This document shows, piece after piece, positions 55,854-64,000 of a DNA stretch of 64,000 nucleotides. The stretch comes from Paraspadella gotoi (taxonomy: Eukaryota > Animalia > Chaetognatha), in the NCBI GenBank assembly GCA_051294375.1, contig CM119266.1:10193677-10257676 (forward strand), in the 5' to 3' direction. The number at the start of each line of letters is the position of its first letter. The first letter of the stretch is position 1. Made by a program: the position numbers and the translations under genes. A model generated the notes under the pieces. That model was not told where the DNA came from. It saw only the letters and a list, made by a program, of their open reading frames with translations, and searched no databases.

Positions 55854-57290
55854 ATTTCATCGGCGGAAAATAGACGGGAGAGTAAAGAAGGAAATTGGAG
55901 GCGGGAGTAAAAGGAAGCGGCGCTGAATATTCACGACGGATTCCACGCCCGGAGGCAACCGTCGGGATCCTCCAAAGGGGGATAACGGAGTTGCGAAAAT
56001 CTCGAGGTCGCGGGTTCGAATCCGGGGTCGGGAGGAAATGTTTTTGTCTAGGGTCTTGCGGGTCGGAAGTGGCCTTCGGGCAAGTCACTTGAAGTTTTTT
56101 TTCGTGAGTCAAGATGAAACCACAATAATAACGACGACGAAAGTAGAAAAGAAGAGAACAGATATTTATCTCTTTTTTTTTCGGTTTCTCCAACGAAGAA
56201 AATTTGCATGTCATTAAATTCTCCCTTTTTTTAATTTTTGACTTCTGTCGACGAAAATCTGCATTTTGGAGACTCAGCGATTTTTTGGGTTTTTTTTNNN
56301 NNNNNNNNNNNNNNNNNNNNNNNNNNNNNNNNNNNNNNNNNNNNNNNNNNNNNNNNNNNNNNNNNNNNNNNNNNNNNNNNNNNNNNNNNNNNNNNNNNNN
56401 NNNNNNNNNNNNNNNNNNNNNNNNNNNNNNNNNNNNNNNNNNNNNNNNNNNNNNNNNNNNNNNNNNNNNNNNNNNNNNNNNNNNNNNAGAGAGAGAGAGA
56501 GAGAGAGAGAGTTGAAATAAAGGAATTACAAAGATAGTCAATGTAACTGTCTCGGGTTTTTCCAATTTTGAAGTATAAGCAACGCCTTATTCCTGCGGTA
56601 CAAGCTAAAGTCTATAAAAGCCATTCTCTCAAATTTAATGTGCTTTTCTAAACAATGATTTCAGTCAATTTAAGAACAACTTTTAAACCTTCGCAAAAAG
56701 AAAACGGAATAAAATATCTGAATTGATTCAAAAAAATGTTTTATCACTCTTTTTTTTTCTCACAGCGTCGCCAAGCAACCTGCGATTTATCACATTTCCC
56801 TCTCTCCTTCTCTGCCAAGAAGTCGACGCGCGTTTATCGTCCATGTCGAAAACCCTGAGCTTTTTTTAAAATTTCTTTATTAAAAAAAAAAAAGCCTCGT
56901 CTCCTTTTATTATTTACGATTCCCTTTTTTTTTCAAAGTCCTCGCGCGGCGCCTCGATCGGAAAAGATGTCGCTTCTTTTCCCGATTTTTCGATGGTTTT
57001 TCTCGACCTTAGATGACCTTTGAGGCTTGGGACTTGGAGGAAGGGGGGATGACCTTTGACCCTTACAAAAGCCGGGGCCGGAAGAGGCTCGAGGGATTTC
57101 TATTAGGCGGGGCGTGGGCCTTTGGGAGGAGAGATATCGAGGTTGAAATTTTGTTTATCTACGGTAAATTGTTTATTAGTTTTCATAACATTAATCAATC
57201 ATTTTATATTGACGTTTTATATTTTGGTTTTTAGTCATTTGTTTGTGAAGCTCTTTGTTTTTGTTTGTTCCTTTCGAGAGGGAATAAAGC

Positions 57291-57358
<68 letters not shown>

Positions 57359-57633
57359 CGCTTTTCTAACCCACGACCCGAAGGTGGCTGAGAGGCTTTC
57401 CTTCCTTCCCCTCCATCCACGCCATCTGAGGAGGTGGAGCGGGCGGGGTTCCTCGGACCCCGAAACTGACCTGTGACCCTGGGACACCAGGAGAGGTCGA
57501 GCGTCTGCAGGAGACGAAGATGCTCGGCGATGACCTCGACGCCGTCGTCCGTGATCTTGCTGGCAGGCCGGAGATGGTTTGGAGGTGCGCCGGTAGGTTG
57601 GATGAGGGCTGCAGAACTGGTTGGAGGCGAGGG
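54293..57633 (-). CDS. FBXL16: F-box/LRR-repeat protein 16, last three coding exons (5' part not found in window)
   Basis: Exons ~57633-57471 ([30 protein letters not shown]), 55179-55044 ([46 protein letters not shown]) and 54518-54293 ([42 protein letters not shown]). Closely resembles the FBXL16 C-terminus, and phases are consistent. Confidence 0.9.
55960..56095 (+). mobile_element. Degenerate tRNA-derived CORE-SINE fragment
   Basis: B-box GGTTCGAATCC (~56013), followed by GTGGCCTTCGGGCAAGTCACTT, which resembles the CORE motif GACCTTGGGCAAGTCACTT. Confidence 0.55.
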
Positions 57634-57659
57634 CTAGATTGGGTGGGGGTGGGTTGTTT

Positions 57660-57885
57660 GTTTATTATTAATCATTTATTTATTTATTTAATTTATTTAT
57701 GTTATTATTTAGTTTATTTATTTTATTTATTTATCACTATTTTATTTATTTATTTATTTATATTTATTATTTATTTATTTATTTATTTATTTATTCTATT
57801 TTTTTCTATGTTATTTTTATTTATTTATTTATTTATTTATTCTATTTATTTATTTATTTATTTATTTATTCTATTGTATTTATTT

Positions 57886-57929
<44 letters not shown>

Positions 57930-57930
57930 T
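57660..57930 (+). repeat. (ATTT)n microsatellite
   Basis: Seen directly. Confidence 0.9.
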
Positions 57931-59565
57931 TGTTAAATTTTAACCTGCTGCGATGTTATGGTTTTGTCATTACAAAAACCACTATATTAAGTAACAAGAT
58001 TATAAAAGGGACAGGGACTGTTGCTATTTGCTTTTCAATAATCTATTTCACAAGATATTTTCTGGTTTATATAACTTCGCAGTTCATCTCGGCTCTCGGT
58101 TAATTTCTGCGGTTTATTCGCGGTTTATGACACAATGAAAAATGGCCCCGTAACGTTCTCCTGTTCCGTGCATAAAAAAAATTTCACTGTTCACATATTA
58201 TTATGATTTCTTTTTATTTTTTGAAACGTTATAGTGTTTCATATGGGTCGATATCCAAATATCAATGCTAAAAATCTTTTTTGTTTTTTAGATACGTGAC
58301 CCGAATATAGGGTGAAAGAGATGATAATTTTTTAAAAAAGTTACATATTCATATTTTATTCCTAGAATTGTAATCAGATAAAAAAATAAGAAAAAAGACA
58401 ATCAATAGTACCAATTAGTAGAGCCAAACTTCGTCAATGGGGTGGGTCAGAAGTTTATTTTGGGAACCTGTTCCAAATGAAACTTCTACATTCTGAGAAG
58501 AAACTTTCAAGTGGAGCAAATTTTCTAAAATGGCAAGACGCATTAGTAATTAATTTTTTAATATTTATTTATATGGATTAGGAAATGTCAAGAAATTTTT
58601 TTTTTTGGAATTTTTTTATTTTAAAAGCAGATTCAAAATATGCTTATGAAAAGTTATCTAACACAAAGTATAATTCTTTTTCCATATTTTTGATGATAAG
58701 TGGTTTTAAATGGAGAAAAACCTTAAAAAATCGATCATCATCACATCATTCGGATAATTTTAGCAGTTTTTTACTAATTTTTAGTAATAAACATCGAAAT
58801 TTTAAAAAATGTTGTAATTATTATTTTTTGGCCTAACTTTTTAGCTCTATCAGGAATCATATTAAAAAAACTTTTAAAATATCCGAAAAAAAAATTTTTG
58901 TTCATTATGGGTATAGGCAATCAAAATAATCATTAATTTTATGCGAATTACTGCATGAAGTTCGCGAACATTTTTGGCAAAAAGATATTTGTAACCACAA
59001 TAATTAATACCAATAATGGATTGTTTGAATGCTGTTCCCATTTTAAAATTTGAATTTGTCGGCTACCGCTTACCAATAGTTGGTATTATGTCTCAAATAG
59101 ATAGAACACATACGTTTGAGCGCAAACAATGCGGATCTGCCACGAATAGATTTAATTTAATTAATTAATTCTAATTAATTAATCGATTAATTAATTAATT
59201 AATCTAATTTTAATATTGTTAATAATTAATTTTAAATTTAATATTCCAAACTTATTCATCATCGGATGTCCTTAAAATTGGGGTTTAGCGACCAGTTAAT
59301 TATAATATGGTTTTGTTTGCTTTTTATCAAAACAAACAAATATCCTTTATTTTATTTTATTGTTCCTTTGCTCTCTCTCACTCTCACTCTCTCTCTCATC
59401 TCTGCTTCTTTTTTATGCAATTGCGACGATCTTTTATGCTTTTAAGATTTTTTTTAACTGCATCATTTTTCACGTCATTATAATTTATTTAATTAACTTA
59501 ATTAATTAATTTAAAACATTTTATTAGTAGTGATAATAATATAAATAATAATAATATTATATATT

Positions 59566-62500
59566 AAAGATTCAAGTTATGATGTCCGCACTGATATGTC
59601 TTTTCTATCTTAAACTCATTTCCACTTGGCACAGATTCGTCAAAACCTTTATATAATTCATTATTATTATTAATAAATATTTTTAAAAGCTTCGAGTTGC
59701 AACAACCCAAAAATCAAAAAGTTACATTGCAGAAAGTCGATCTTAGTAGTAAAGAAAAAAACGGAAAAATAATTTTAAAAGAGAACGGGGAGTAGAAAAA
59801 GTGTTTCAATTTTGGCTCCGCGCTTACTTAGATATCGTAGGCCGGAACAGTTTGAAACCTTGAAGTTCTCTCAAAATGGTTTAATGCGGTAATGGTTAAT
59901 GGTTTTTTAAGCGACTATTAAATAGATATGCAAATATGAACAATTAATTTTTAAAATTTCTGTCTTATCAATTTTTTCTCTAGTAGATTCTGTATGAGAG
60001 CTTTAACATAGTGCTAGATATAAGGTTGATTAATACCAACTTTTTGGTTTTGTGTTTTATTTATGAAAAAATTTTAAAAAAAATAGAAATTCCTCCAATA
60101 ATGATGATGATGATAATTTGTTTAAGGTTTGTTCTATTTTTAACGCCAAATTTATTCTGTCAAAATTTGAAAAAATGTTCTATGAGTACTAACTTTCATT
60201 GTAACTGCTAAGCGCTCTACAAGAACCTGTTAAACTTCTTTCCGTGTTAAAGGTTCCCAAAAATCGTTGGCTCTTTTTTGCCCTAAAACGCTTTACTATA
60301 TATCTAAGTGAAGAAAACTTACCTTTGTGAAGTAGAACAGTAAGAATTATTATAGTACGTTTCTCAAGCTTTACGAGCGGTTGAAGCCATGGTTTGTTTT
60401 AATGTTTCTTTACTTTGATTTAATTTTATATTAAGGTTTTTATTAATTCGTTTTATATTATCTTTTTATGAGTCCAGCGCTTCAATTGCCTTCCATCGCG
60501 TTTCTATGTCCGTTCCCAATGCCGTTCAATGCCCTTTTCCAATTTGGCCGTTTCTAATATGCCGTTTATCTCAAATTGCTTCTACATTTTGGGTGATTAC
60601 ACAATATAAGTTAGCTTCGGACTTATCTCGGACTCTCTCTCTTGTCTTTTCCTCTCTCTCTCTCTCTCTCCTCTCTCTCTTTTGCATATCTGCAACGATC
60701 TTATGCTTCATTTTTTCTTGCTCTCTGCTCTCTCCCTTTGCTAATTGCGACCGGATCCTATTGCTCCATTTTTCTTGCTCTTCTTTCTCTCTCTCTCGTC
60801 GTCTTTCTCTGCTGCGTCTCTCTCTCTTCTCTCTCTCTCTTCTTCTCTCTCTCTCTCTCTCATAATTAATAAGATTCAAGTAAATGTTAACTTGTTTTTT
60901 CCAATTTAAAGCCTCATTTCCACTGCACAATTTTCCGTTCAAAACTTTATATCTAGCTTCTTCACACACTTTCCTACAGCCTGCCTTCACAAAATTTTCA
61001 TCTCTCTATTATGGGTTAAAATTAAAGTTAATAAAGATTCAAGTAAATGTGGAGCTCATAGTTTTCATTAAACTCATTTCCACTCGTTACGTTTCCACCG
61101 AAACTTTATATCAAGCATCGTACACATTTTCTTCACCCACACCAAACAAATTGTGAACTCAATCTATCCCGTCCAATTATTGATTAATTTAGGAGTACTT
61201 CATGGTTTTAAAATAAGTAAAAATCATTTTTAGACAATGCGACCTTATGTTTTTCCTTCTTAAATCGTCACATGATTCCGTTCGATAACTTATTTATCCA
61301 GCTTTTATCCACACCACTCCTACCCACACCAAAATTTCTTTCCAATCAACCAGCCCAGATCCGAGTTATTGGAGGCTTTTTGCTAGGTGGGGACGGATAG
61401 ACGGATTGATTGTACTGATTAATTATATTATTGATTATTGTTATATTAACTAATTGATAATCAACCTGATAATATTTGAATTTTATTATCATTCCCTGCC
61501 ATATTACAATAATATAAAAGAAAAAAGAATCATAAATCAATTAGTCTGAAACAGGGTTTTTTGTTTTTTTCCATTTGAACTCATTTTCCATCTCAAAACG
61601 GTTCCTATTTCGGAAACTTGGTTTCCTGTTTCAATCACACACTTTTTCTACTCAACATTACAAGAATTTCCAGGGTGTCAATCGATATTAAGTTGGTATA
61701 AGCTTAACTGCTTCACTTGCATAATTTAATTCACTTGCGATAAGTTGGTCAACTGACATAATTTTGCGTCCAACTGACATTTAATTTTGGTTCAACTGAC
61801 ATAATAATTGGCTCAACATGGCAGTAATTTGCGTCAAACAGCATATATTTTGGTCAACTGGCATCAATTTTCATCATGAACTTGCCTAATTTTGGTCAAT
61901 CTTAGCATAGAATTTGGTCAAACTGGCATGTTCTTGGTCAACAGCCATAATTTGGTCAACGAGGCTAATTTGGTCAACTTGTGCAGAACTTGATCAACTT
62001 GCAGAATTTTGGTCAACTGCGCAGTAATATTTGGTAACATTACAAGAATGTTGCGTTTCAACTGGCAGTATTTTTGTCATTGGCATAATTGGGTCAATTA
62101 ATCCTAATCAATGCAATCAATCAATTCAATCAAGTCACACTCAATCAATCAATTAATCATGATACGAAAGGGAGAGATGAGAGGAGAACTTTAAAAATAA
62201 TTCAAATAAATGTGTGCTTTTGCGTTTTTCTAAATTTGACTCTTTTCCCACGTCCTACGATATTCCATTCAGAAGAAAAAATTCCTATATCCAGCTTTAT
62301 CACTATACTTTCCTACCCACACACAAATCGAATTCCATTTGATTTGATCTTATCCAATTGATTTAATAAACAATAATTAATATATGAGGTAATTTAAGTA
62401 GAAAGAATCTTTAAGTAAAATATGACTTTTGTTTTTTCCATTGTTTAACTTCATTGTTCCACTCGCCACGATTCCATCCGAAACTTTATTATCCAGCTCA

Positions 62501-62700
62501 ATCTCACACTTCCCTAACCATCATACAAAATTGCAATACAATTGCCCTATCCACTCATGCAGCAATTGGTCCGTTAAAGTACGTGAATATATTTTTTTTG
62601 TTTTTCCATTTAAGACCCGCAATTTCCACTCGCACGATTCTCTTCAAAAGAACTTCATATCGCATCTCAGATCACACTGTTTCCTACCCACCACCCCAAG
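59566..62700 (+). repeat. Diverged ~170-200-bp satellite-like repeat, ~8 copies
   Basis: A recurrent aagattcaagtaaatg..aactcatttccact..aaactttatatccagc..cctacccacacc unit near 59566, 60870, 61032, 61215, 61550 (partial), 62190, 62400 and 62575. Confidence 0.65.
61700..62100 (+). repeat. ~20-22-bp minisatellite (aattttggtcaactgrcat)
   Basis: About 17 degenerate head-to-tail units. Confidence 0.8.
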
Positions 62701-62760
62701 ATTTCATTACCATCCATCCATCCAATCCACGAGTAAAATGGAGTTTTTATTGTCTAAAGG

Positions 62761-62997
62761 GTGGACGGACGGACGGACGGGACGGACGGACCGGACGGAC
62801 GGCACCGACACGACAGACGGACGGGGTCTACGGACATCGTTTGTTTTTGGCTATAAGTTATTTCATGAATTCCTAGTTGTTCTGAATGACTATAAGTGTG
62901 TTGCCCACAATATTGAGGGCGGACGCGCCGACGGACCGAAATGAAAGTGAGTTATAGAGTCGCCGGATCTGCTGATTAAGCAGATCCGACTACAAAT
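62761..62997 (+). mobile_element. Helentron/DINE-1-like non-autonomous element end
   Basis: (GGAC)n tract, then aaagtgagttatagagtcg and a 10-bp-stem hairpin CGGATCTGCT-gatta-AGCAGATCCG (62964-62988) before an A-rich end. Confidence 0.5.
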
Positions 62998-64000
62998 AAA
63001 CCTCATTTAAAATGGATCGCGAAGTGGGGCGGTAACTAAGGCTTACCAATCGGCCTATCCTCACGCCGTATTGTTCTTCTCAAATAATTTTTTTTTACAT
63101 TTAATATAGTTTTGAAAAGGAAAGAAAAATGAAAATTCAGAATTCAGCGTTGTATAAAGGTAAGATAATCTGGACTTTACTGACGATATGAAAACCATGA
63201 CCTTTTTAATTATCTTGGAAAATCGCGGGCGGCTAGTAAAGATTATCTAACAAAGAATTTGATTCATTTTCGAGTAGTCAGTTCAATGAACCCTGTTTCT
63301 ATATGGGCTATTACGACTGAAATATTTTTTCTTTAATTAAAATGGGCATTGATAGAATAATTAAGAATTAAATTCCTTTGCTATATTTTAAAGAAAAGTT
63401 GAAATCAATCACCAATTTAACACATATGATGTCTTGGCTTCTGTCATAATATGATCTTGCCAGCGTTATATATTTTTTAAGGGAACCTTTTAGGTTATGC
63501 AGTTAAACAGAGGCAGAGTGTGTGCTCCAAGCGTTTTAGTTTGCAGGGTTCAAAGTAGTAATTAAAAAATGACGATTTTTTTTTTCACCAGACTAAGACA
63601 GGTTGTATGTCCAGACTGTTTTATATCCAAGCTGAATAACACTTTTGTTGCTTGAATTTATCATATTCTGTGAATATTCTAAAAAAACTATTTTTAGTCA
63701 CAGCTACGAACATAATGTTTTGGCTTGTTTTGGTTAGCTATTAACTTAAGAAAGTTATAGAGCAGTTTATGGCAATAAAGAAAAATTTATATAATCAATC
63801 AATAATGTTAATTCAGTCTTTCCTTTTTCAAATTACAAAAGGGAAAAATAAAAAAATTTCATTTACCCTTCATTAAGAATTTTAAAGCAGAAAAGAACTG
63901 TTTCTACTTTTAACTCTGGATTTTAGAACACAAACGCTGTTGTAAGACAGATTTATGGATTTAATTTAATAAAACGTTGTTTAGAAAGGGTGTCCCACAT

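Noticed and set aside
53660-56565. ORFs spanning N runs
   Set aside because: Their length comes from assembly gaps.
61700-62100. Short repeats resembling a CRISPR array
   Set aside because: Units are head-to-tail and degenerate with no unique spacers, there are no cas genes, and the context is eukaryotic; it is a minisatellite.

Overview
Eukaryotic (invertebrate animal) genomic DNA from a draft assembly. It is intron-rich, saturated with (AG)n, (GTC)n and (ATTT)n microsatellites, and has N-gaps (several of about 25 N) plus indel-rich stretches that look like uncorrected long-read fill. All recognisable genes lie on the minus strand. They are: a ~19-exon EF-hand + WD40 gene of the WDR49/CFAP337-EFCAB8-WDY-like family (28988->12885), whose 5' end is present twice because of a 3.2-kb duplication; three tandem C-type lectin genes (one intact EPN type, one truncated, one frameshifted QPD type); a 4-exon ~2035-aa axotactin/CNTNAP-like neurexin-superfamily gene (50991->44199); and the last three exons of FBXL16. 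The most notable non-genic element is a compact 650-bp LTR retroelement (TRIM) at 39685-40334. Each of its LTRs carries a tRNA-like cassette, and it has a tRNA-Trp-type PBS, a PPT and a 4-bp TSD (Helenus-like). Also present are a foldback element, a CORE-SINE fragment, a Helentron/DINE-like end, a ~180-bp satellite, and several GC donor and AAG acceptor splice sites. All exon boundaries and family calls were made by eye, without database searches.
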